This document shows positions 34,780-43,471 of a DNA stretch of 64,000 nucleotides, piece by piece (position 1 is the first letter of the stretch; the number at the start of each line of letters is the position of its first letter). Under the pieces are notes generated by a model. That model saw nothing but the letters and a program-made list of their open reading frames with translations. It was not told the DNA's origin and ran no database searches. Position numbers and translations under genes: made by a program. Origin of the DNA: Thermodesulfobacteriota bacterium (GTDB lineage: Bacteria; Desulfobacterota; BSN033; UBA1163); assembly GCA_041947025.1 (NCBI GenBank), contig JBHGBJ010000005.1:26382-90381 (forward strand), given 5' to 3'.

Positions 34780-36444
34780 TTAACCTCTATTCATTGGAGA
34801 AAAGTATTCGCTGATGCTACCGAGGACGATGTGGGGAATATCTTCTTTCTTTTTGACCGTAAAGATACTGATATTCTTCTTCTTCTCAACCGCCTTTTCG
34901 AACCTTGCCGCATGGGGGTTCTCTCCAATGTGTACCGCTGTGATCCGGTTCTTTATCCTTCCAAAAAAGTTGATCAACACCTCCAAATTGGTGATCTTCA
35001 TGTCGGTGATGATGAAGAGGTCAAGGCTTTTTCTTCCTTGGATCAAAGGGATCAAATCGTCCAGTTCCAGGGCCGTACCTCCTCCGAAATACTTGCAAAG
35101 AACCCTGTAGATATCTTCCTTTTCATCGGTGTAGTCCAGGATGTCTTTCCCGCCCATGGGCGCATCACTAAAATTGTAGATGGCTACTTTTGAATCATTC
35201 CGGAGATAGGCATTGGCCGCACAGGCTGCTCCCAGAACTGCATAGGAGAGATTTTTTCGAGGGTTGATCATGCTTCCCGAAGAGTCAATCGCGATTAAAC
35301 AATCGGGAGCGCTCTCCATCTTTCCCCTCCCCTGGCCCATCTTCTTTTTCCAGATCTGAGTCAACCCTGGCATGATCTTCCCAAAGCTCGTCCAGATATC
35401 CACATCCTGGTAAGGGGCTCCGATCTCCCAGGGGGCATGGGAGTGCGGATGGAGGGAACCTTTCTTCTCCAAAGGCATCTTCTTCAAAGGCATGGAGTAA
35501 CTCTCAGCCAACTTCATATAGAAAAGGATATCGGCATCGATCGGCTGGGATCGGCCTCGTCCCATCGCCTCTTCAACGCCATAACCCGATTCCTTTAACT
35601 CATCCGAAAAATCCTCGATCAGCTCCTTGAATTCAGACAGGGCCATCTTTTTCTTGACGTAATCCCTCAATCCCTGGTCGATCTCCTCATTGGAATAATG
35701 GGTCAGATCATGGTCTCCTTGGGGGTTGGAACTCCCCTTCCCACCGCCCTCTGCGTCTTCTTCCTGTTCTTCAAAGAAGAGGGGCTTGAGAGATCGGGCA
35801 AACTTCTGAATACTCTCCGGCCATCGAGATCGATCCAAGTAAGGGATCCGTGCAAGTCTCCGGACAACCGCCTCATGTCTCTTTCCTTCTGTTGGAGAGA
35901 GGGAAACGCCCATGTCAATCCCCCAGATCTTCTGGTAAAGGGAAGCAATCACTTCTCCAACCATCCCTTTTTTCAGGCTTCGATGCAGTTCGGGGATCTC
36001 CGTCGACTTCTTCTTCACACAATGCGTGTCCGCGATCACGTCGATGAAGGTGTTCGCCACTTGTTTGGCCAAGGCTTTGTCGCCCATCACCTTTTTGGCT
36101 TCGGCATACAACAGGAGATGGGTATGAAAATCCCACGGGCAAAAGGTATAATGGGTGATCCCGTGATCGAGAAGAGCTTCGACCACCTGTTTCTCCGTCA
36201 TTTTCTCTTTCATTTGAGAAACAAAGACGGGGTTGACCCTCATCTGTTTCTGCTTCATCTCCAACCCGACGCCCTCGTTCTGCGCGCCGGGCCCGTCGCC
36301 GGAATCGGCGATCTTCCCGGCTTTGGGCACCGGGAGTTCCGGATAGTAATGCTTCTTCTTCAGCCGGGGCCAGACTTCATCAATGATGGCCTGCAAATTC
36401 TGCTCTTCCATTGTTGATGCTTTAGGTCCTTGAAAGTTCTTCAT
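34780..36444 (-). CDS. VWA (MIDAS) domain protein with His-rich N-terminal domain
   Basis: 554 aa. C-terminal VWA domain with DxSxS (LIAIDSSGSM), a later GGGTAL Thr and ITDM Asp. N-terminal domain contains LLDHGITHYTFCPWDFHTHL. Starts 9 nt after the stop of the previous gene. Confidence 0.8.
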   Translation of the reverse strand: MKNFQGPKASTMEEQNLQAIIDEVWPRLKKKHYYPELPVPKAGKIADSGDGPGAQNEGVGLEMKQKQMRVNPVFVSQMKEKMTEKQVVEALLDHGITHYTFCPWDFHTHLLLYAEAKKVMGDKALAKQVANTFIDVIADTHCVKKKSTEIPELHRSLKKGMVGEVIASLYQKIWGIDMGVSLSPTEGKRHEAVVRRLARIPYLDRSRWPESIQKFARSLKPLFFEEQEEDAEGGGKGSSNPQGDHDLTHYSNEEIDQGLRDYVKKKMALSEFKELIEDFSDELKESGYGVEEAMGRGRSQPIDADILFYMKLAESYSMPLKKMPLEKKGSLHPHSHAPWEIGAPYQDVDIWTSFGKIMPGLTQIWKKKMGQGRGKMESAPDCLIAIDSSGSMINPRKNLSYAVLGAACAANAYLRNDSKVAIYNFSDAPMGGKDILDYTDEKEDIYRVLCKYFGGGTALELDDLIPLIQGRKSLDLFIITDMKITNLEVLINFFGRIKNRITAVHIGENPHAARFEKAVEKKKNISIFTVKKKEDIPHIVLGSISEYFSPMNRG

Positions 36445-36453
36445 CTCTGGCTC

Positions 36454-37218
36454 TCAGTAATAGAGATTCGGGTGATGGGCCTTTCCGGGGTAAACCATCT
36501 TATCCCTCTCGAAGACTTTCCCTTCCACAATATTTCCCAGGCCTCTCACTCTTCCTCCCACATAGATCTCGCCGCCCATCATCCATTCACCCGTATGGAG
36601 ACCGATGTTCTTGCTGACCAGGATCTTCCCGCTTCTCATGCCTGCCCCCGTCCAGTTCTTTGCGTTCCCTTCGACTGCCAATTCGCCTCCTTCGAGGCCA
36701 ATGCCAGTGAAATCGCCCGTATCTCCTTCAATCATAAGCCGTTTTCCTTTGGGAAGGCGAAAGCCAAGCAGATTGATCTCCGTTTTCAGTTCGGTGAGTT
36801 TTAAGACGATCTCTTCTGCCTTCACATAGTTGCACAGAGCAGAAATATAGATCCCTGCAGGCCCCGGAATAAGGTACGGGATTTTCTGGGTGTTCTCAAA
36901 GGCAAAGCAAAAATCCTCAATATCCTCTGCGGTATAATCGATCTCCTTGATATATTTCTCCGCCACCTCGTAAGCCTTGATGATCGTATTGTACTGGACC
37001 ATCCAGACAAGTTCCTTCGCCTCTTCCTCCAAAAGCTTTTCATAACCCCATCGGATCCGTCCCATCACCTCCTCGGTAGATTGAACGATTGCGTCGAGGG
37101 GAAGATCATTCTTTTCCACGGCAAAGGCACGAAATTCTTCAAAGGGATTCTTCGTGATCCGGCCCATTTTGTCTCCTGACACGATGGGCCCTCTTTTCTC
37201 TTCAGGGGAATTCTTCAT
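36454..37218 (-). CDS. GXGXG-motif beta-helix protein (GltB domain 3 / FwdC-like)
   Basis: 254 aa. C-terminal GKRLMIEGDTGDFTGIGLEGGELAVEGNAKNWTGAGMRSGKILVSKNIGLHTGEWMMGGEIYVGGRV shows the repeated GxxGxxxG turns of that fold. The N-terminal ~150 aa is helical and unassigned. Confidence 0.7.
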   Translation of the reverse strand: MKNSPEEKRGPIVSGDKMGRITKNPFEEFRAFAVEKNDLPLDAIVQSTEEVMGRIRWGYEKLLEEEAKELVWMVQYNTIIKAYEVAEKYIKEIDYTAEDIEDFCFAFENTQKIPYLIPGPAGIYISALCNYVKAEEIVLKLTELKTEINLLGFRLPKGKRLMIEGDTGDFTGIGLEGGELAVEGNAKNWTGAGMRSGKILVSKNIGLHTGEWMMGGEIYVGGRVRGLGNIVEGKVFERDKMVYPGKAHHPNLYY

Positions 37219-37257
37219 CGTTCAACTCGCTCTGTTACAGGTGGCGCTCTTCTCGGT

Positions 37258-38640
37258 TCAGACGTGTCGGGTTTGGATGTCTTTTCTGATCTCAGCGTAG
37301 AGAGGATGATCTCCTTCCAAGGGTTCCAAGGACTCTCCCTGGAAAATTTTTGATCCAACAGCCAAGGCATCTTTCAAGTGCTCGTTCTGTTCTCCATATC
37401 GCTGAGAGACCGTTTTCACCGCCTCTTTTGCGAGGAAGATAGGAAATGGATCATCCCTTTTGGCCCCTTCCCTTTGGGAAAGGATCTCTTCTTTCCATTG
37501 GACGCGGTGAGCTAAGGTATAGGGGATAATGGATTTGACATGCTCAATATCGATTTCAGAGTCTTCCATGAGCCATGCGATTCCCTGGGCGAATTGCTTG
37601 ATAGAGATCGGGAGCCGGTTGGAAGCACAATTCTTGATTTCACGGCAGAGATATCCGGTATAGTGACATCCTTCTTCACAATTCTCCACGATCCGCTTCT
37701 GTCCGTAACGCTCGCAAAAAGAAAATTCTGCAAGAAGCATCCGGGTGAAGGCACTCGCATCGACGTCCATATCCAATGTTTCCATTTGGGCCCGAATCTG
37801 TTCACGATCTCTCCTCTGAAGGGGTTTGACGCCCACCGCATCGGCAAGATATTGGCCAAAGGCATTGCAGACCTCTTCCATCTTTGGAATCTTCTTTAAA
37901 TAAGGAACCTTGGATTTTAGGATCCGATGCAACTCCCGTTCATATTTCGGGTGTCTTAAGACTTGATCCTTTCTTCTGGTCTTCCCGATCATAAAGGAGA
38001 GGTTCGCCCCCGGATATCTCGATTCCACCATCACGTCAAATCGGTCCATCAGGGGAGGGATGACCGTGCTCGTTCCTCCGTCCGAGTAGTTTGAAGTGGC
38101 AAAGAGACAGTATTCGTCGTTGATCACCATCTCATTGAGGTATTCCCAATTCCCTCGATCCACTCCGTCCAGGATCATGCTCTGTTTGGTTTCTGGAAGC
38201 CGGTTGATCTCATCCACAATCTTCACAGGGATTTGGGAAAAATTGGTCCAAACCACATCCTCTTCTCCACGGTTCAATTTCCCCAAATCCGGTCTGCCGA
38301 TAATCTTTTCCTCTGTCTGTTCCGGGTGGCCTGATACTTCACTACCCCAAATCACGCCCACCGGAAATTGGTAGATCAAGGAACAGACAAACTCCGCTGA
38401 GGTGGTCTTCCCCAATCCCGGTTCTCCAATAATTAACTCCTTCCCTTTCTGAAGTCCGGTGATCAGGCTGAAGAGGATCGCCGAGTTAAATCGTTCCCCC
38501 TTAATTTCGACATCTGGACGGTTAAAGTAAAGATGGTTGCTAATGAACTCATAGATCTCCATCACCTGTTTCTGGTATCCGTTCTTTTCCACGCCTGCTG
38601 TCCTTTCCCTTTCTTCCGATTCTTCTGGGTGCCCACTCAT
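37258..38640 (-). CDS. MoxR-class AAA+ ATPase with Cys-rich C-terminal region
   Basis: 460 aa. Walker A GEPGLGKT, Walker B KIVDEINR, sensor ATSN, PPLMDRFD arginine-finger region. Also C-x11-C-x3-C-x6-C-x5-C at aa 309-338. Confidence 0.8.
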   Translation of the reverse strand: MSGHPEESEERERTAGVEKNGYQKQVMEIYEFISNHLYFNRPDVEIKGERFNSAILFSLITGLQKGKELIIGEPGLGKTTSAEFVCSLIYQFPVGVIWGSEVSGHPEQTEEKIIGRPDLGKLNRGEEDVVWTNFSQIPVKIVDEINRLPETKQSMILDGVDRGNWEYLNEMVINDEYCLFATSNYSDGGTSTVIPPLMDRFDVMVESRYPGANLSFMIGKTRRKDQVLRHPKYERELHRILKSKVPYLKKIPKMEEVCNAFGQYLADAVGVKPLQRRDREQIRAQMETLDMDVDASAFTRMLLAEFSFCERYGQKRIVENCEEGCHYTGYLCREIKNCASNRLPISIKQFAQGIAWLMEDSEIDIEHVKSIIPYTLAHRVQWKEEILSQREGAKRDDPFPIFLAKEAVKTVSQRYGEQNEHLKDALAVGSKIFQGESLEPLEGDHPLYAEIRKDIQTRHV

Positions 38641-38722
38641 GAAATTCCATCCCTCAGAAACTTTCCTTTACTTATTACGATAACACGGTCTCTATTGTGC
38701 CGCAAGATTTCCCATCGAAGGC

Positions 38723-40135
38723 CTAAACGTTTGTCTCAAAGGCCTCGAGATATCCCTCTGAGGTGAGGGCTCGCTGGGCCGCCCGGTTGAGCGCCCGGTC
38801 GTACCGGTGGGTGGAGGTATAGACCCGGCAGATGGCGACCTTCGCGGGGATATATTGAAACAATCGTCTGAGAGGCTCCCTCGAGATTCTCCTCGATCCC
38901 GGATCGAAAATCAGCAGGGTCGTTCCCTCGGACTCGTGCCACGGATTCAGGGGCCGCGGGTCATGATGAGCCATGTCGATGTGGAATTCAATCTCCCTCA
39001 CCTTCTTGGGTAAAAAGGCCTCCATCCTCTGTTTGACCTCTTGGGGTGTCAGGAAGCTCGGCCGCCCCAGCTCGATTTCGCGCAGGGTCAACTTCTCTTC
39101 AAAGACACTGCTCCACCTCAACTTTCTCGAAAGAATATCAGACCACTTCTTTCCTAACCGCCTCTCGGTCGCTGAGCCTGACTCTTTCCACTCCAAAACC
39201 TTTTCCATCAGAAACCAGTCTGTGAGCGCGAGGTAACGGTCTATCTCTTCCAGCGGATGAAAGGGACAGAGGATCTCCATCGTCTCTCTGAAAATCTCCT
39301 GAAGTTGAAGATCGATGGCACGGGTGGTTCGGTGGTAATACACATTGGAATAAAGGTAGAGCCGCGCGTTGAGAAACATGGCCAGCGCGTCCAGCCCCCT
39401 CTTATCCAGAATCAGCCCCTCCTTGCGGTAAGAGGTATAGTGTAGGAGTCGTCTCCAATCGATCGGCCCGATCGAGACGCCTGTCATATACGCGTCCCGC
39501 AATACGTAGTCAATATTGTCAAATGTGAAGATGCCGCGAAAGAGCTGCTGCAGGAGGTTCAACCATCTCGGGTGTTTCCGGTCTTCTCTCCCTGAGGGTC
39601 TTTTGATCAGAAAGGCAACCTGCTCTGGATCCAGAACCTCTCCCTCCTTAAAGGGTCCGTGGGGACTCCGACGGATTCTTTTCAGAAGGGGAGAAATTCT
39701 TTTTCGGATGATCTGCTGGCCGATCTCTTCGTGATTGGTTTTGAAGCGGGAGAGGTATTGCTCATCGAAAAAATGGCAGAAGGGGCCATGCCCGATATCA
39801 TGCAGGAGTCCGGCGAGCCGAAGGAGTTCTTCGATATAAAAAGGGGAGGGAAGGCCTGGGGACTCAACCCTGGCCAGGGACGGATAAAGCTGTTCCGCGA
39901 AGGCCCCGGCAACATGGAGTGTCCCAAGGGAGTGCTGAAAACGGGTATGTTCTGCCGAGGGGTAAACCCAGCGAGCGCTTTGAAGCTGGAAGACGCGCCG
40001 AAGCCGCTGAACCCAAGGGGTATCGATCACGTCTCGTTCCGTCTTCTCCCCTTCCACGCGGTCGGTCATCAGAATGTAGTGGTAGAGAGGGTCTGCGATC
40101 AATCCAGTTCCTTGAATCTCTTCCACGCCTCCCAT
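38723..40135 (-). CDS. HD-domain phosphohydrolase, SAMHD1/dGTPase-like
   Basis: RFQHSLGTLHVAG ... LLHDIGHGPFCHFFDE ... FDNIDYVLRDAYMTG are the motifs of dNTP triphosphohydrolase-type HD proteins. 470 aa. Confidence 0.8.
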   Translation of the reverse strand: MGGVEEIQGTGLIADPLYHYILMTDRVEGEKTERDVIDTPWVQRLRRVFQLQSARWVYPSAEHTRFQHSLGTLHVAGAFAEQLYPSLARVESPGLPSPFYIEELLRLAGLLHDIGHGPFCHFFDEQYLSRFKTNHEEIGQQIIRKRISPLLKRIRRSPHGPFKEGEVLDPEQVAFLIKRPSGREDRKHPRWLNLLQQLFRGIFTFDNIDYVLRDAYMTGVSIGPIDWRRLLHYTSYRKEGLILDKRGLDALAMFLNARLYLYSNVYYHRTTRAIDLQLQEIFRETMEILCPFHPLEEIDRYLALTDWFLMEKVLEWKESGSATERRLGKKWSDILSRKLRWSSVFEEKLTLREIELGRPSFLTPQEVKQRMEAFLPKKVREIEFHIDMAHHDPRPLNPWHESEGTTLLIFDPGSRRISREPLRRLFQYIPAKVAICRVYTSTHRYDRALNRAAQRALTSEGYLEAFETNV

Positions 40136-40253
40136 CCTTCTGGGCCCCTTTTGAAACCCCCGCTCCTACCTACCCCCGCTTGCCGAGGCCAGGGGCGGGC
40201 CCTCAACCGAATAGGGTACAGTCAGGCAGGCAAAAAAAAGGGGAAAGACACGA

Positions 40254-40484
40254 TCAAGGCACCTTGCCAGGAAGTTCGCGTTGCTCTTCCTTTTTCTTCG
40301 GATCAATAAATTTCACTTTTGAGGCGGCCACCTCCCTCAATGCAGTCACAATCGGCCGATTATCGGCTTCGACCAATGGCTTCGCTCCCTTCATGATCAT
40401 CTTTGCTCTTCTTGCACCCAAGATAACCAGCTCAAACCGACTCTCTACCTTTTTCAGACAATCCTCAACGGTAATTCTTGCCAT
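40254..40484 (-). CDS. rpoZ: DNA-directed RNA polymerase subunit omega
   Basis: [30 protein letters not shown]. Confidence 0.9.
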   Translation of the reverse strand: MARITVEDCLKKVESRFELVILGARRAKMIMKGAKPLVEADNRPIVTALREVAASKVKFIDPKKKEEQRELPGKVP

Positions 40485-41115
40485 GACGTTCCTCCCATTC
40501 CCTCTTCTTCTTTTCGAGGATTGAGCTTTTGAGCTTTCGGCACCTTTCGGCGACGATGATCGCCTTCAGTTTCTCGATCGCATCCTCGACCTTATCATTA
40601 ACGATCACATAATGATACCAGTGGGCCTCTTCAACATCTTTCCTGGCACCTGCCAAGCGCAATTGAATCATTTCAGGCGAATCGAGGCCTCTCTTGACCA
40701 GTCGCTCCCGAAGGGCCTCCACGGAAGGGGGAAGGATGTAAATCAACACCGTCTGCTCCACCCTCTCCAATATCTTCCTCGCTCCCTGGGTGTCGATATC
40801 CAAAATCAGGTCGATCCCCTTAAGAGACAGGTCTTTTATCGTAGCGAGAGCGGTCCCATAACGATTCCCCAGGACTTCCGCCCACTCCAAAAATTCATCC
40901 CTTTCAACCATCTTCTGGAAAAGAGAGGGAGAGACGAAATAGTAGTCCTCGCCCTCCCGCTCGTTGGCCCGTGGGGTACGTGTCGTATAGGAAATGGAGA
41001 AATGAAGGTTTGGCAGCTGTTTCATCACAGCTCGAACCAGGGTCGTTTTTCCCGCGCCGGACGGAGCGGAAATGACAAAGACCAAACCTTTCTCGCTATC
41101 CTCTTCGAATCTCAC
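40465..41115 (-). CDS. gmk: Guanylate kinase
   Basis: P-loop [11 protein letters not shown] and the [19 protein letters not shown] block. Confidence 0.9.
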   Translation of the reverse strand: MRFEEDSEKGLVFVISAPSGAGKTTLVRAVMKQLPNLHFSISYTTRTPRANEREGEDYYFVSPSLFQKMVERDEFLEWAEVLGNRYGTALATIKDLSLKGIDLILDIDTQGARKILERVEQTVLIYILPPSVEALRERLVKRGLDSPEMIQLRLAGARKDVEEAHWYHYVIVNDKVEDAIEKLKAIIVAERCRKLKSSILEKKKREWEERHGKNYR

Positions 41116-41196
41116 GTTGGCCCCGATGGTTTCCGAGTCCTTGGGTCATTCGCCATTAGGTTATTCAGCTATTAAACCCCTATGCGTTTGCCTCTC

Positions 41197-42084
41197 TCAT
41201 TCAATATTCTGCACTTGCTCGCGAATCTTTTCAAGCTCGCTCTTGATCTCAACCACTCTCCGGGAGATCTCTGCATCGTTGGCTTTCGCGCTGATGGTGT
41301 TCACCTCCCGGTGAATCTCCTGAAGCAAGAAATCCATTTTTCGGCCGACAGGCTCCTCCCCTTCGAAGAGGAGAACAAATTGGGCAAGATGGCTTTCCAT
41401 CCGAACAGTCTCCTCCGTGATGTCGGCGCGCTCCGCTAAGAAGGCAATCTCCTGTTCGAATCGATTCGGATCCACCTCAACTCCTCCCAGAAAGGAGCGG
41501 ATCCTCTCATGGAGTCGCTTCTGAAACAGTTCGAGGCGTAAGGGAAAGAGGCTCTTGATCTCTCCCAGCTCTCGGGCGATAATTTCTAATCGGACTTGAA
41601 GATCCTTTGCAAGGACCTCTCCTTCGGACCGCTTCATCCTATCCATCTCATGGAAGGATTGTTTCAGGATCGGGGTCATCTCCTGCCAGTAAGGTTCAAT
41701 ATCTCCACTCTCTTCCTTCGCCGTAATGATATCCTTTGCTCCCGCGAACAAGGATAAGGTGATATCGTCCTTAAGTTCAAGTTTCTCTTTCAAGGCGCGA
41801 AGGGCTTTGTAATACTGGTCGGCCAGATGGAGGTCCACGTTGAGCTCAACCCTTTCTTCCTCCCCGCTCCCTGCCTTCAATGAAACATCGATCCTCCCTC
41901 TTGAAACCATGGAGCGGATGAGCTCTTTGATCCGGGATTCCAAAGGTGCTAACCGTTTGGGGAGCTTGATATTGATGTCGCAATAACGATGATTTACAGA
42001 ACGGATTTCAACCGATAATCTCCCCAGCGTGGTCTCCCCTTCCGCTCTCCCATAACCCGTCATCGATTTCAGCATAATTGGCAT
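41197..42084 (-). CDS. yicC: YicC-family stress-induced protein
   Basis: MLKSMTGYGRAEGE N-terminus. 295 aa with C-terminal DUF1732-like EIxRExNTIxxK block. Confidence 0.85.
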   Translation of the reverse strand: MPIMLKSMTGYGRAEGETTLGRLSVEIRSVNHRYCDINIKLPKRLAPLESRIKELIRSMVSRGRIDVSLKAGSGEEERVELNVDLHLADQYYKALRALKEKLELKDDITLSLFAGAKDIITAKEESGDIEPYWQEMTPILKQSFHEMDRMKRSEGEVLAKDLQVRLEIIARELGEIKSLFPLRLELFQKRLHERIRSFLGGVEVDPNRFEQEIAFLAERADITEETVRMESHLAQFVLLFEGEEPVGRKMDFLLQEIHREVNTISAKANDAEISRRVVEIKSELEKIREQVQNIE

Positions 42085-42181
42085 AGCCTCGCTCTTAAGA
42101 TTTTTGAAAGCCTGGAAACCTCTGAATCCCTTCAGCCCGTAACCCCCTTAACCGAAGGGGCGTTAAAGAGTGCGATCTTTC

Positions 42182-42715
42182 TTAGATCTCTCCTTTCAAG
42201 TCCTCTGCATATCTCTTTCGAAACTGGTTAAAAAGATCAATGATCTCTTCCTGGCGGTAATCCGGATAGGTCCACTCCAAAGGTTGAAACGACTTATTCC
42301 GATAGATTAATGTCAAATCGGCGTAGATGCCATCCCGAAGGTAGGGCCGATGACCGTACCCTTTTGTCGTCGCAAGGATAATATGTTCAAAGCAGATATA
42401 TCCCGGATCAATATTGAGCCGACGGTTTCCCGAAGGAGTGGCATACTTTGCTTCAAGACGATTGGTTGATTGCTTGATATCAGCCAGAAGAGGGATGGAG
42501 ATCAGATTCTTAAAAGTGATGAAATGGCGAAACAGATCTTCCCCCATCTCCGGATTGTAATAGTCTGTGAAGTCAAAGGGCATTCTCGGGCTCTTAAAAT
42601 CCATCTCTCCAAAGTCTGAGCAAAGGTCTTCGAATCCCTTTTGGAGGTACTCATCCCCTGAAGCAATCAGGCTCATGAAGAGTTTAGCTGGTTTGGGCTC
42701 CTTGGGTCTGCCCAT
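42182..42715 (-). CDS. Conserved hypothetical protein, DUF4416-like
   Basis: 177 aa (...PKPAKLFMSLIAS...DFTDYYNPEMGEDLFRHFITF...). Family assignment from memory only. Confidence 0.5.
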   Translation of the reverse strand: MGRPKEPKPAKLFMSLIASGDEYLQKGFEDLCSDFGEMDFKSPRMPFDFTDYYNPEMGEDLFRHFITFKNLISIPLLADIKQSTNRLEAKYATPSGNRRLNIDPGYICFEHIILATTKGYGHRPYLRDGIYADLTLIYRNKSFQPLEWTYPDYRQEEIIDLFNQFRKRYAEDLKGEI

Positions 42716-43457
42716 CCAGTGGATCCTCCTTTTTTAGATAGATAAAAAATTCTTTGTTCCCTTTTGGGCCGAGGACGGGGGACTCCGTCACTCCAAGGAT
42801 ACGCAGTCCCAGTCCCCGGCTGAAGGCGGAAATCCTCTCGATCACCTTTTGATGCAAAGCGGCATCTCTCACCACCCCTCCTTTTCCAACCTCTCCCTTT
42901 CCCACTTCGAACTGCGGTTTGAGCAAGCCGATGATCGCTCCCCCCTTTTTCAAGAATTGAAGGAGGTGGAAGAGGAATTTCTCAACGGAGATGAAAGACG
43001 TATCGATGAGGACCAAATCGATTTCATCCTCGATCTCTTCCCTTTTGAGATATCGGATATTCCTTCTCTCTAAGTTCACCACTCGGGGATCTTTTTGAAG
43101 TTTCCAAGCTAACTGCCCGTATCCCACGTCCACGGCATAGACTTTCCTTGCGCCTGCCTGGAGGATGCAATCCGTAAAGCCTCCTGTCGAGGCCCCCACA
43201 TCCATCACCACCATTCCTTTTGGATCAAACTGAAAAGCACGGAGAGCCCCCTCCAATTTAATGCCTCCCCGGCTGACATAAGGTTGATCCTCCCCTCGAA
43301 GCTGGACTCTCGCCCCTATCTCTATGGGCGTACCGGGTTTATCAATGATTTTGTCCTCGACGGTCACTCGACCGGCCAAGATCAAAGCCCTTCCTCTTTC
43401 CCTACTTTGGACGATCCCTTTTTCAAGCAGGAGTTTGTCAAGGCGTTCCTTTCTCAC
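42684..43457 (-). CDS. tlyA: TlyA-family rRNA 2'-O-methyltransferase
   Basis: S4-like N-terminus (RLDKLLLEKGIVQSRERGRALILAGRV) and FtsJ-type SAM motif (VMDVGASTGGFTDC). Confidence 0.85.
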   Translation of the reverse strand: MRKERLDKLLLEKGIVQSRERGRALILAGRVTVEDKIIDKPGTPIEIGARVQLRGEDQPYVSRGGIKLEGALRAFQFDPKGMVVMDVGASTGGFTDCILQAGARKVYAVDVGYGQLAWKLQKDPRVVNLERRNIRYLKREEIEDEIDLVLIDTSFISVEKFLFHLLQFLKKGGAIIGLLKPQFEVGKGEVGKGGVVRDAALHQKVIERISAFSRGLGLRILGVTESPVLGPKGNKEFFIYLKKEDPLDGQTQGAQTS

Positions 43458-43471
43458 GATGGCAGGCCGTC

